Made by a program: the position numbers and the translations under genes. Below, piece after piece: positions 1-9,008 of a stretch of 64,000 nucleotides of DNA. The stretch spans positions 471,179 to 535,178 of the forward strand of contig CAWBUG010000002.1 in assembly GCA_963792005.1 (NCBI GenBank), in the 5' to 3' direction. How positions within the stretch are numbered: the stretch's first letter is position 1; the number at the start of each line of letters is the position of its first letter. This DNA comes from Vulcanimicrobiota bacterium (lineage in GTDB: Bacteria; Vulcanimicrobiota; Vulcanimicrobiia; Vulcanimicrobiales; Vulcanimicrobiaceae). The notes below the pieces were generated by a model that did not search any database, was not told the origin of the DNA, and saw nothing but the letters and a program-made list of their open reading frames with translations.

Positions 1-67
1 CACCCAGCCTAGCGCTGCAGAGTGCCAACTGGTGGGCACTGAGCGTCGGCTACGGGCTACGTGGCGC

Positions 68-397
68 TCAACTCTTATCGAATAGCTTCAGCGCCAGCAA
101 TCCGTGCGTGAGTGCGGCGCCGGCACGCAGCGCTGCGGCGACGTGCACGGTCTCGGCAAGCTCTTCGCGCGTCGCTCCGGCTTTTTTGGCATTTGCGGTG
201 TGAACGTCGAGACAGTACGGGCACTGCGTCGTCAAAGCGACGCCGATTGCGATCAGCTCGCGGTACTTTTGCGGAATCGTACCGCCGGAACGCCCCGCGG
301 TCTTGTCGAGTGCGACGAATCCTTCGAATCCCGTGGGGTCGAGCTTGCGCAGTTCCGAGAGCATCGCCAGGTCGGAGTGCTGATGATATTCGGTCAT
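68..397 (-). CDS. carboxymuconolactone decarboxylase / AhpD-like family protein
   Basis: 109 aa. CxxC motif in TTQCPYCLDVH. ATGA overlap with the panB stop. Confidence 0.8.
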   Translation of the reverse strand: MTEYHQHSDLAMLSELRKLDPTGFEGFVALDKTAGRSGGTIPQKYRELIAIGVALTTQCPYCLDVHTANAKKAGATREELAETVHVAAALRAGAALTHGLLALKLFDKS

Positions 398-1266
398 GAG
401 ATCCTTTTTGCAACGGGTTGGCTCGGAAAAGTTCGCTCGCGCACTTCACGAGCGTAGGCCTCGAGCGCTTCGGTGGCGAGCCGTCCGACCTCGGCATAGC
501 GCTTGGCAAAGCTCGGCGAATGCGGGTACATGCCGAGAATGTCGTGCAGCACCAGGACCTGCGCGTCGCAGTGCGGTCCGGAGCCGATTCCGATCGTGGG
601 AATCGAGAGCAACTCGGTGATCTCGCGCGAGATCTCGTAATCGACCACCTCCAAGACGATCGCATACGCTCCCGCCGCTTCTACCGAATGCGCGTCGTCG
701 ATCAAACGGTCGCGGTGCGTCCGCATTTTGAAGCCGGGGCCGAGTCCGGCCGTCTGCGGCGTGACGCCGATGTGTCCGACGACCGGGATCCCCGCACCGG
801 TGATCGCGCGAATTCGTTCGGCCTGTTCGCGGCCGCCCTCGAGCTTCACCGAACACGCACCACCCTCTTTGACGAAGCGTATGGCGGCGCGCAGGGCCTC
901 TTCGTTGCTGATCTGATAGGAGCCGAAGGGCATGTCGGCCATGATATGCGCGCGCGTCGTGCCGCGCGTGACGGCCTGCGTGTGGTGAATCATGTTCTCG
1001 AGCGTTACCGGCGTCGTCTCGTCGAATCCGAGCACGACGTTGCCGACGCTGTCTCCGACCAGAATAACGTCGATGCCGGCGGCCTCCACGAACTGCCCGA
1101 AGGGAGCGTCGTACGCGGTGGCGATCGGAAAGATCGTCTTGCCCTTGCGGCGTTTGATGGCGCCGGCCGTCAGGCGGCGGATTGCCGGATTCTTCTCCGG
1201 TTCGTACGGGCGCGCGCTCTCGAGGCCATTACGGCGCGCGTTTCCCTGCGCTTGTCGAAGCGTCAC
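394..1266 (-). CDS. panB: 3-methyl-2-oxobutanoate hydroxymethyltransferase
   Basis: IATAYDAPFGQF...ILVGDSVGNVVLG...PVVGHIGVTPQ strings are typical of PanB. The GTG start overlaps the pepA stop (GTGA). Confidence 0.85.
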   Translation of the reverse strand: MTLRQAQGNARRNGLESARPYEPEKNPAIRRLTAGAIKRRKGKTIFPIATAYDAPFGQFVEAAGIDVILVGDSVGNVVLGFDETTPVTLENMIHHTQAVTRGTTRAHIMADMPFGSYQISNEEALRAAIRFVKEGGACSVKLEGGREQAERIRAITGAGIPVVGHIGVTPQTAGLGPGFKMRTHRDRLIDDAHSVEAAGAYAIVLEVVDYEISREITELLSIPTIGIGSGPHCDAQVLVLHDILGMYPHSPSFAKRYAEVGRLATEALEAYAREVRERTFPSQPVAKRIS

Positions 1267-2831
1267 ACGCGCAACTCTTCCGATCGTGCGCCGTTTCCGT
1301 GGGCGTCCTTCGAGTCGTCCTTCGACTCGCCGCTTCGCGGCGGCTCAGGATGACACAGCGATTCCACCAGCGCGACGAAAGCGCGCACCGGGGTGCCGGT
1401 CGGGCCCTTTGCCTGCCACGGAAACTCGTTATCGAGATAGGCGGTGCCGGCGATGTCGAGGTGGATCCACGGCGTGGTTCCGACGAACTCGCGCAGGAAG
1501 GCCGCGGCCGTGAGCGTGCCGGCGGCGCGACCGCCGGTATTCTTGAGGTCGGCGATGTCGCTCTTCATCTGCGCGGTGTAATCTTCGTAGTAGGGCATCT
1601 GCCAGTATCGTTCGCCGCTGGGCTTCGCGGCTGCAAGGAACTGCGCGCCGAAGGCGTCGTTATTGGTGATTGCCGCCGAGGACGCGTGTCCCAGCGCGAT
1701 AACGCAGGCGCCCGTAAGCGTCGCGGCATCGACGATCTTCGTCGCGCCGAGTTTATTGGCGTAGCAGAGCGCGTCGGCGAGGATGAGCCGTCCCTCGGCG
1801 TCGGTATTGATGACCTCGATGGTCTTGCCGTTCATCGCCGTCACGACGTCGCCGGGCTTCGTCGCCTTTCCGCCCGGCATGTTCTCCGTTGCGGGAACGA
1901 TGCCGACGACGTTGAGCTTCGGCTTGAGCTTGCCGATTGCGCTCATCGCTGCGATCACCCCCGCGCCACCGGACATATCGTACTTCATGTCTTCCATCTT
2001 CTCGGCGGGCTTGATCGAGATGCCGCCCGTGTCGAAGGTGATGCCTTTGCCGACTAACGCTAGCAGCTCTTTGCTCGATGGATCGCCGTTGTAGCGCAGC
2101 ACGATGAACTTCGGCGGCTGAATGCTGCCGGCGGCGACGGATAGAAACGATCCCATGCCTTCGCTTCGTGCTCGAGCCTCGTCGAAGACCTCGATCTCGA
2201 GCCCCGTTGCCTTTGCGACCTTCGTTGCCTCGTCGGCCATCTGTGTCGGCGTCATGTCGTTTGCCGGCGTCACCGCCAAGCGACGCGCCAGATTCACCGC
2301 TTCGCCGAGTGCGGTGCCGCGGGCGATGCCGCCCTCGATCTCTCCGGCATCGAAGCCGGCGCTCAGAACGGAGATTTCGGTGGTCGCGAGCCGGCGCTCG
2401 GGTTTCTCCTGATAGAGCGTCGTATCGAAGCTTCCGGTGATTGCGCCTTCGGCGACGAAAGACGCACAGATCGCCTCTCGTCCATGGGCCTGCGGTGGTA
2501 GAGCGATCGCAATCTTCTCGACGTTGCGCCGGCCGAGATACCGCACGGCGCTCCCGGCGTAACGACCCAGCAGGTACGGTTCGAAGCTGCTGCGATCGCC
2601 GAGCGAGACCGCGAGGACGCGGCGATATGGCCGATCCTTCGCGTAACTGAGGACGTGTTCGCCCAGCTTCCCGCGAATTTCGCCCGACGCGAGCGCATCG
2701 GCGATGACGCCGCCGCTTGCCGCATCGATATCTTTGGTAATGCCCTCGAGCGGGCCGTCGGAGAAGAACGGAACGACGAGGGCGCCGGCGCTGACGTCGC
2801 TTGCGGCGTCAGCCGTGAGAAAGACTTGCAT
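1263..2831 (-). CDS. pepA: leucyl aminopeptidase (M17)
   Basis: 522 aa. NTDAEGRLILADAL and VGKGITFDTGGISIKP motifs of M17 peptidases. Confidence 0.9.
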   Translation of the reverse strand: MQVFLTADAASDVSAGALVVPFFSDGPLEGITKDIDAASGGVIADALASGEIRGKLGEHVLSYAKDRPYRRVLAVSLGDRSSFEPYLLGRYAGSAVRYLGRRNVEKIAIALPPQAHGREAICASFVAEGAITGSFDTTLYQEKPERRLATTEISVLSAGFDAGEIEGGIARGTALGEAVNLARRLAVTPANDMTPTQMADEATKVAKATGLEIEVFDEARARSEGMGSFLSVAAGSIQPPKFIVLRYNGDPSSKELLALVGKGITFDTGGISIKPAEKMEDMKYDMSGGAGVIAAMSAIGKLKPKLNVVGIVPATENMPGGKATKPGDVVTAMNGKTIEVINTDAEGRLILADALCYANKLGATKIVDAATLTGACVIALGHASSAAITNNDAFGAQFLAAAKPSGERYWQMPYYEDYTAQMKSDIADLKNTGGRAAGTLTAAAFLREFVGTTPWIHLDIAGTAYLDNEFPWQAKGPTGTPVRAFVALVESLCHPEPPRSGESKDDSKDAHGNGARSEELRV

Positions 2832-2848
2832 GGTGGACCTTTCGGACG

Positions 2849-3934
2849 GTGAAGTACTGCCAGCCTATGGCGGAAAGCTTGGAGAATCCTCGTTTGGGCG
2901 AAAAAGCCGCAGTTACCGACCGCTACACCGAAGCGGGGGTGGACATAGCGGCCGGTAACGATGCGGTTGCGCGCTATCGGAACCTGCTCGCGCAGTGGCG
3001 GCACCCCGATCAGCTCGATTCGATCGGCGGATTTGCCGGCCTCTTTAGCCTTCCGGGCGACGCCGGCCGCGCGCTGGTTGCCTCCACCGACGGCGTCGGC
3101 ACGAAGATCCTCATCGCGGCCGAGCTCAAACGCTACGACGGCGTCGGACGCGACCTGGTGAACCATTGCGTGAACGACATCTTGGTCTCTAACGCGACGC
3201 CGCTCTTCTTTTTAGATTACCTTGCGGTTGGTAAGCTCGATCCGGCGGTGGCAGCGGACGTCGTCGCCGGTTGCGCGCAGGCATGCCGGGCGCACGATTG
3301 CGCGCTGCTCGGCGGCGAGACGGCCGAAATGCCGGGACTCTACGCGCGCGATCACTTCGATTTGGCGGGAACGATCGTCGGCATCGTTTCGCTCGAAGCG
3401 ATTCCGGACGTGCGCAGCGTTGTGCCCGGCGATGCGATCGTTGGGCTACCGTCGGTGGGCTTGCATACCAACGGATATTCGCTCGCGCGCAAGCTGATAC
3501 CGCGCGTTGAATGGGAGGAGCGCTTCGACGGAACGACTTATGCCGACGCGCTGCTCGCCGAGCATCCCTCGTATTACCGTGAGGTACGCGCAATTCAGGG
3601 CGTCGCAACCGTCAAGACGATGGCGCACATTACCGGCGGCGGATTACTCGAAAACGTACCGCGCACGCTTCCGGCCGAGTGCAAAGCGGTCTTCGAACAG
3701 CAGCGCTGGAGCGTGCCGCCGATTCTGCACGAGCTGGTCCGCCGGGGAGATCTCGGCCCCGAAGAGCGATATCGCGTGCTCAACATGGGCGTGGGCTTCA
3801 CGCTGATCGTCCCCCTCGCCGACGCGCCGGCCGCGCTTGCGGCCGTTCCGCAAGCGAAGGTGATCGGCTGGGTCGAGCGCGGAGAACCCGACGAACCGAA
3901 AGTAATCGTTCATCCCGCCCGCGACAATCGATGA
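2849..3934 (+). CDS. purM: phosphoribosylformylglycinamidine cyclo-ligase (AIR synthetase)
   Basis: YTEAGVDIAAGN...STDGVGTK motifs. An alternative ATG lies at 2867. Confidence 0.9.
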   Translation: MKYCQPMAESLENPRLGEKAAVTDRYTEAGVDIAAGNDAVARYRNLLAQWRHPDQLDSIGGFAGLFSLPGDAGRALVASTDGVGTKILIAAELKRYDGVGRDLVNHCVNDILVSNATPLFFLDYLAVGKLDPAVAADVVAGCAQACRAHDCALLGGETAEMPGLYARDHFDLAGTIVGIVSLEAIPDVRSVVPGDAIVGLPSVGLHTNGYSLARKLIPRVEWEERFDGTTYADALLAEHPSYYREVRAIQGVATVKTMAHITGGGLLENVPRTLPAECKAVFEQQRWSVPPILHELVRRGDLGPEERYRVLNMGVGFTLIVPLADAPAALAAVPQAKVIGWVERGEPDEPKVIVHPARDNR

Positions 3935-4338
3935 AGGCAATCGTCCGAAGCGTTGCCGAGGCGGCCGACACGGAGTCGCCGCGGGAGCAGCGCGCTCGCG
4001 CGAGCGCCGAATTAATTCGCAGCGCCCGCGCCTACCGTTGGGTCGGGATTTACGACGTGGGCGACGACGAGATCACGCTCGTGGGCGATACCGGCGCGGA
4101 GCCGCCCGCTCGTCAGCGGCTTGCCGTTAGCGAAGGGCTTGGCGGCGAGGCCGTCTCCACGCGGGCGACGGTTGTCGGCCGGGAGGGCTCGGAAATCATC
4201 GTTCCGGTGCTCGGCGCGGAGAGCGGCATCGTCATCGGCATGCTTAACGTGCAAAGCGATGGTACCCACGCAATCTCCGATGAGGACGTACGCTTTTTGG
4301 AAGAGTGTGCGGCCGTTCTCCGTCCGCTCTACGATTAG
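3931..4338 (+). CDS. stand-alone GAF-domain protein
   Basis: 135 aa from the ATG at 3931, with an ATGA overlap on the purM stop. YRWVGIYDV...IVPVL...GMLNVQS pattern is GAF-like. Confidence 0.65.
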   Translation: MKAIVRSVAEAADTESPREQRARASAELIRSARAYRWVGIYDVGDDEITLVGDTGAEPPARQRLAVSEGLGGEAVSTRATVVGREGSEIIVPVLGAESGIVIGMLNVQSDGTHAISDEDVRFLEECAAVLRPLYD

Positions 4339-4342
4339 CGAC

Positions 4343-5449
4343 GTGTCCGAGCTCTGCAACCTCATCGTCGAGCTCGACCGCCGATTTCCAACCGATTCAC
4401 TTCCCGGGATTGAAATCGGGCCTCCGGGCGCGGCCGACGAGCGAGTGCTCGCGTGGATCGATGCGACCTTCGGCGGCTTCTGGAGCTCGGAGGCTGCGGT
4501 GGGACTCACGATGGTCGCGCGGCGCGGCGAGGAGCCCGTCGGGTTCGCAACGCTCGATCCGAAAGGACCGCGCTTCTCGTGGCTCGATGCGTCGTCGCGC
4601 GATCCGCAGACGGGAATCTTTGGCCCGTTCGGCGTCGCGTTGGCGGAGCGCAGGCGCGGCATCGGCACGCTCTTGTTGCACCGCGCGCTCAACGCGCTTC
4701 GCGAACGCGGACATGCGCGCGCGCTGATTCCGGCCGTGACGGACGAGGCGCTCGAACGTTACTACGCCGACACGGTCGCCGCGCGGGTCGCCGAACGCTT
4801 CGAGCGAACCGCGCTCTATCGGCGCGGGCGGCGCGCGCTCGTCATGGCCTCGGGAAACGGCAGCAACTTTCAAGCCGTACTCGATGCCGCGCGAAGCGGC
4901 GAGCTGCCGATCGAGATCGTCGGCCTAGTGAGCAACAACCCGCGGGCCTTCGCGCTCGAGCGGGCCCGCAGCGCGGGCTTGTCGTCGGTCGAAGCCGTCG
5001 CTTGGAATCGGGCGGAAGAACCGCGAGCTTCCTATGACGCGCGGCTGCTCGACTCGGTTCGGGCGCATCGGGCCGATCTCGTGCTGCTGCTTGGGTGGAT
5101 GCATCTGCTCGACGCGTCGTTCGTTCGAGCATTTCCGGAGGTGCTCAACCTGCATCCCGCCTTTCTGCCGCTCGATCCGCAGCGCGACGTGGTCGTGATG
5201 CCCGACGGCAGCCGGATACCGGCATTCCGCGGGCCCCACGCGGTACGCGACGCGCTTGCCGCGGCGAGTCCTTGGGTGGGCGCGACCCTCCATCGCGTCA
5301 CTGCATCGACCGACCGCGGCCCGGTGATGGCTCGGGCCCCCCTTTGGGTGGAACCGGATGAAGATGAAGAGCATCTGACGCAGCGAGTCCACGCGCTCGA
5401 GCGGCGCGTCGTTCGCGCCGGGATCGTCCGCTGGCTGTGCGAGCGCTGA
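4343..5449 (+). CDS. purN: GNAT acetyltransferase-like domain fused to phosphoribosylglycinamide formyltransferase
   Basis: The N-terminal part has a GNAT-like RRRGIGTLLL motif. The C-terminal part (LVMASGNGSNFQAVLDA...NLHPAFLP) is PurN. There is no stop or plausible internal start between them. GTG start at 4343. Confidence 0.75.
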   Translation: MSELCNLIVELDRRFPTDSLPGIEIGPPGAADERVLAWIDATFGGFWSSEAAVGLTMVARRGEEPVGFATLDPKGPRFSWLDASSRDPQTGIFGPFGVALAERRRGIGTLLLHRALNALRERGHARALIPAVTDEALERYYADTVAARVAERFERTALYRRGRRALVMASGNGSNFQAVLDAARSGELPIEIVGLVSNNPRAFALERARSAGLSSVEAVAWNRAEEPRASYDARLLDSVRAHRADLVLLLGWMHLLDASFVRAFPEVLNLHPAFLPLDPQRDVVVMPDGSRIPAFRGPHAVRDALAAASPWVGATLHRVTASTDRGPVMARAPLWVEPDEDEEHLTQRVHALERRVVRAGIVRWLCER

Positions 5450-5515
5450 TTGCCGCGCAATTAGCGAGGAACCGGTCTCTTGTAATAGAAGCGCTCGAGC
5501 GCAGGTTTCACGTTA

Positions 5516-6130
5516 ATGCGCGTTCGATCGAAGGCCGTGGTTGCGCTCGGTGCCGGTTTTGGTGCCGTGGCGTTCGCGTTTTCGGCGGCGATTTGCGCGG
5601 CTGCCGTAAAGCCGACGCAGCTGCTCGTCTTTATGCCGTGGACGTCGACGGGACTGCAACGCGGGTTCGGCATTTCGTCGAGGGTGAAGGGCCTTTGCTG
5701 GACCCACGCCGTTTCCACAAATCGCCCCGATGCGTGGCGATGCACGGCCGGCAACGACATCTACGATCCGTGTTTCGTCAACCCAACCCACCGAGACCAA
5801 GTCGTCTGTGCGGAGACGCCGTTCTCGCGAAGCCTCGTCTTCATGCGTCTCGGCAAACCGTTAAGCGAGAACGCCACGTCGATGGCGCGCTGGAAGGAGC
5901 ACAAAGGCGAACCATGGGCGATTCGCCTCGATAACGGCGACAAATGCGCGGCAATCACCGGCGCCACCGACATCGTCGACGGGAAACGATTGGACTACGC
6001 GTGCGTGCGCTCGGGGTGGATTGCCGGCTTTCCGGATCGATCGTCCGGCGTGATCTGGACCGCACAAGTCTTGCCGGGCCCCACCGAAAAGCATCTCCAA
6101 ACGCTGCGCATTACCACGGTCGTCTTTTAG
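5516..6130 (+). CDS. hypothetical secreted Cys-containing protein
   Basis: 204 aa. Hydrophobic N-terminal signal-like segment AVVALGAGFGAVAFAFSAAICAAA. High GC3. Confidence 0.5.
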   Translation: MRVRSKAVVALGAGFGAVAFAFSAAICAAAVKPTQLLVFMPWTSTGLQRGFGISSRVKGLCWTHAVSTNRPDAWRCTAGNDIYDPCFVNPTHRDQVVCAETPFSRSLVFMRLGKPLSENATSMARWKEHKGEPWAIRLDNGDKCAAITGATDIVDGKRLDYACVRSGWIAGFPDRSSGVIWTAQVLPGPTEKHLQTLRITTVVF

Positions 6131-6175
6131 AGCTGCTGACCGGATCCGTCGCGCCGCTTCCGGTTTTGCAACGTT

Positions 6176-6201
6176 TGGTGGAGGCAAGGAGACTCGAACT
6201 C
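6176..6201. repeat. distal att core: displaced copy of the tRNA-Ala(GGC) 3' end
   Basis: TGGTGGAGGCAAGGAGACTCGAACTC is identical to 13677-13702. The match breaks on both sides. Confidence 0.85.
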
Positions 6202-6338
6202 GGTCGGGACGCGTGCTGTGGAGTGGTGCGGGATGACGAAGAGTAACGAAAACCGTTATCGCGTCTGGCATTTCCACGGCCTGCCCGTGCTATCCGGTGT
6301 CGGCGAGGACCGGCGCATAGTGCCGAAAATCGCAGCGT

Positions 6339-6359
6339 AGGGCAACCGAATGGCAACCG
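6339..6359. promoter_or_regulatory. candidate integrase arm-type site (left arm)
   Basis: AGGGCAACCGAATGGCAACCG is identical to 13611-13631. It contains GGCAACC twice at 11-nt spacing. Confidence 0.45.
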
Positions 6360-6378
6360 CGCGTGTTGCTCGACGAGG

Positions 6379-6825
6379 ATGCGGTTTTACCCGGACCTGG
6401 CGCAGCTATTCATGGTTCTCGAAAGGGCCGCGCCGCCGGTCTGGCGCCGCGTGCATGTTTCCTTCTTTACGAAGCTCGGCGGGCTGCATCGTGTGATCCT
6501 GGCTGTGATGGACTGGGACGGCCGCGTGCCGCATCGCTTTATCCTAGCCGGCGATATATTTAAACGAGTCGCCCCCGGCGAGGCGCTCGACGCCAAAAGG
6601 GAGCGAAACTGGCGCCTTGATTCAGCCTTCTATCCCGACAAGACGTTTTGGTACTGTTACGGTGGTGCCGACGACTGCCGGCTTCGGATCGAGTTGGAAG
6701 ATTACGTCGATGGTGAGCCGCACTGGCGCTATCCGCGTTGCGTCGGTGGCGAAGGCGCATCCCCGCCACAACTAGATTGCACGTTCACGTTGCTTCCGCG
6801 AATCGGTGGCTGTGGCGCAGCCTAA
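6379..6825 (+). CDS. pRiA4b ORF-3-like family protein
   Basis: 148 aa. APPVWRRVHV...LGGLHRVILAVMDWDGRVPHRF matches the remembered PF07929 pattern (PPIWRR...LH..I...MGW...HLH.F). Confidence 0.55.
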   Translation: MRFYPDLAQLFMVLERAAPPVWRRVHVSFFTKLGGLHRVILAVMDWDGRVPHRFILAGDIFKRVAPGEALDAKRERNWRLDSAFYPDKTFWYCYGGADDCRLRIELEDYVDGEPHWRYPRCVGGEGASPPQLDCTFTLLPRIGGCGAA

Positions 6826-7107
6826 AGCGACGCTGACGTAGCGTACCGGCAACGAGATACCAATAAGGCCTTCAGCACAATCCGTCGCCAACGAACGATT
6901 TGCCTGAGGGGCTTGAGGCAGCGGTTGAATGGGGCGGTCTTGAAAATCACTAAGGCCGCCCCTTCAAGTCACCGCTAGCGTCGATTGAGCACAAGAATGG
7001 GATCTGCCGTGACCTCGGAATACCCACGAGGAACTATTCCGTTAGCAAATTGTTAGCAAGTCGAATTTGCTCCGAGGTGTTAACTGCCGGCGATGATGAG
7101 CCCGTGC

Positions 7108-8472
7108 TTAGAGCGTTAAAGCGAAGACAGTCCCGAAATCGCAGATGTCGCCTGAATGCGGGCAACTCGGGGGCGCAATACCGCCCTCTACCGTTGTGCC
7201 GTAGAGCGCGCCATTGACTTTAGTCAGGGAGGCCGCTGGATACAGGCCGTCATTCTTATAGGCTTCACCAAAGCTGTGCAGCGCGCGTTCTTTGCCGTTC
7301 GTATTCACGCGGAAGATCGTCCCGCAGCCGGTTCCGCTACCCCTGCTTCCGCGGCACGCGGTACCGCCATTGTATGTCGTGCCAAATAACGCACCTTTTA
7401 CGGCGATCAGACCAGCATATGGCCGCATTCCGTCCTGTCCATTGTTGCTGAAGTTGTGCAGCACACGCTCGTCGGTGCCACTTAAGTTGATCGCAAAAAC
7501 AGTTCCCCAGTTCGCTGAACCGCCGCCGTACGTCGTACCGTAAAGTGTGCCTTTCATGATTGTCAAGCCAGCGACGGGATTGCGGGCAGCGGGAAGTGAA
7601 CCACTGAAGCTGTAAAGCATAGTTTCGGCGCCTGCGGTGCTCATCCCGAATGCCGTACCAGCACCGTGCTGACCGCCTTCCTCCGTCGTGCCGTAGAGCG
7701 TACCCTTCACGTCGATGAGACCCGACACGGGATATGCACCATCTGAGCTACCACCGAAGCTGTGTATTATGCGCTCGCTACGTGTCGCCAAATTTATGCT
7801 AAAAACGGTCCCCCCCGAGTAGTTGCTACCCCCATATGCACCGCCTTCGGCCGTCGTGCCGTAAAGCTTGCCACCTATTTCGACCAAGCCTGCCATCGGA
7901 GCCGCACCGTCTGTGGCACCACCGCGAAACGCATGAAGTACGCGAAAGTCCTTGCCTGTTGTTTTGACACAGAACACGGTTCCGGCGCCGTACTGGCCGC
8001 CCGCTGATGTCGTGCCGAACAGCCTGCCCTTCACGTAGATTAGGCCGCTAGCGGGAGCAGCACCATCGGTGCCGCCACTAAAACTGTAAAGCACATTTTC
8101 CGCTCCGGTGGTGCTGATGCTATAGACGGTTCCGTAGCCGACGTGGCCTCCGGAGCCATACGATCCTCCGTAGGAGGTTGTGCCGTAGAGGGCGCCGTTT
8201 ATTTTAGTCAGCCCCGCCAAGGGATAAGCTCCATCATCGCCATAGACATTGTTACCAAAGCCGAACAGCACTTTGTATGTCCGCGTTAAGTTGCTGAGAC
8301 GCGCTCGTGCGTCGCCAGCAGGCGATTGCCCACTGGCCGGCCTAGCCGGAGTCGGCGAAGTGACGCTCCCCGCGCAATTCGTGAGGGTCGCGGCACAGAG
8401 CAACATGGCGGTGGAACAAAACAAACGGTCAATGAACATCGAGCTTCTAAAGCGAAACATGATACCCCTCAT
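7108..8472 (-). CDS. GloVer-type tandem-repeat (beta-propeller-like) lipoprotein
   Basis: Seven ~50-aa repeats, each with L(Y/F)GTT...GG...GT(V/I/A)F...(L/I)(H/Y)(S/A/N)F. Signal peptide with lipobox LTNC. Start taken at MRGIMFRF. Confidence 0.8.
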   Translation of the reverse strand: MRGIMFRFRSSMFIDRLFCSTAMLLCAATLTNCAGSVTSPTPARPASGQSPAGDARARLSNLTRTYKVLFGFGNNVYGDDGAYPLAGLTKINGALYGTTSYGGSYGSGGHVGYGTVYSISTTGAENVLYSFSGGTDGAAPASGLIYVKGRLFGTTSAGGQYGAGTVFCVKTTGKDFRVLHAFRGGATDGAAPMAGLVEIGGKLYGTTAEGGAYGGSNYSGGTVFSINLATRSERIIHSFGGSSDGAYPVSGLIDVKGTLYGTTEEGGQHGAGTAFGMSTAGAETMLYSFSGSLPAARNPVAGLTIMKGTLYGTTYGGGSANWGTVFAINLSGTDERVLHNFSNNGQDGMRPYAGLIAVKGALFGTTYNGGTACRGSRGSGTGCGTIFRVNTNGKERALHSFGEAYKNDGLYPAASLTKVNGALYGTTVEGGIAPPSCPHSGDICDFGTVFALTL

Positions 8473-8929
8473 TGTGGAATGCGAACGTCTTCGAAGGCGC
8501 AAAACCTGAGGCCCCAGCGCCGACGGCACTCACTACCGCGATCAGCACCAGCCCTGCAAAGATGCCTGCATGGAAATTTTTACGTCGGAGGTTCTTTCGT
8601 TCTCGAAGCATCAAACCAGCCCGCAGCTTTCTCTGGTTCGTCAGGCAGCCTTGCACTTATGCTTGCCGCGGATGCCGCTAAGCTTACCACCCCCAGCGCC
8701 CACCTGCAAGACGTCACCCGTGCGGCTTGCCGAGCTGATCCGAAAGTGAAGCAGCGGTGACGTGGTTTCGGCGCGCTGGTTGTGCCTTCGTGGCGCAACC
8801 ACCGGCTTGCGTTTTGAAAATCCGTCGACCGAAGTAACGCGCCGCAACGAATCACGGCACCAAAAAAGCATAGCAAGAAACTTGCGTTCGTGATATACTC
8901 GGCGTGAGACAACATACCCGACTTACATA

Positions 8930-8943
8930 CGCATAATAATGCG
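8930..8943. promoter_or_regulatory. AT-rich 14-mer CGCATAATAATGCG upstream of the relaxase
   Basis: The same 14-mer occurs at 12185-12198 upstream of xis. It forms a 5-bp hairpin (CGCAT/ATGCG) and contains a CATAAT -10-like hexamer. Confidence 0.35.
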
Positions 8944-8958
8944 GGTGTAATCCAAAGT

Positions 8959-8993
8959 CCCGACGCGATCGTTCGCGCGGGGCTTTTTCTTTT
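8959..8993 (+). terminator. GC-rich hairpin plus T-run 15 nt upstream of the relaxase start (terminator, attenuator or oriT inverted repeat)
   Basis: CCCGaCGCGA-tcgt-TCGCGCGGG stem with a 1-nt bulge, followed by CTTTTTCTTTT. Confidence 0.45.
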
Positions 8994-9008
8994 GCCCGAG
9001 GTGACGTC

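Noticed and set aside
6176-6201. Possible extra or partial tRNA gene
   Set aside because: Only the 3' 26 nt of tRNA-Ala(GGC) are present, and no cloverleaf can be built. It is the displaced att core of the IME, not a gene.
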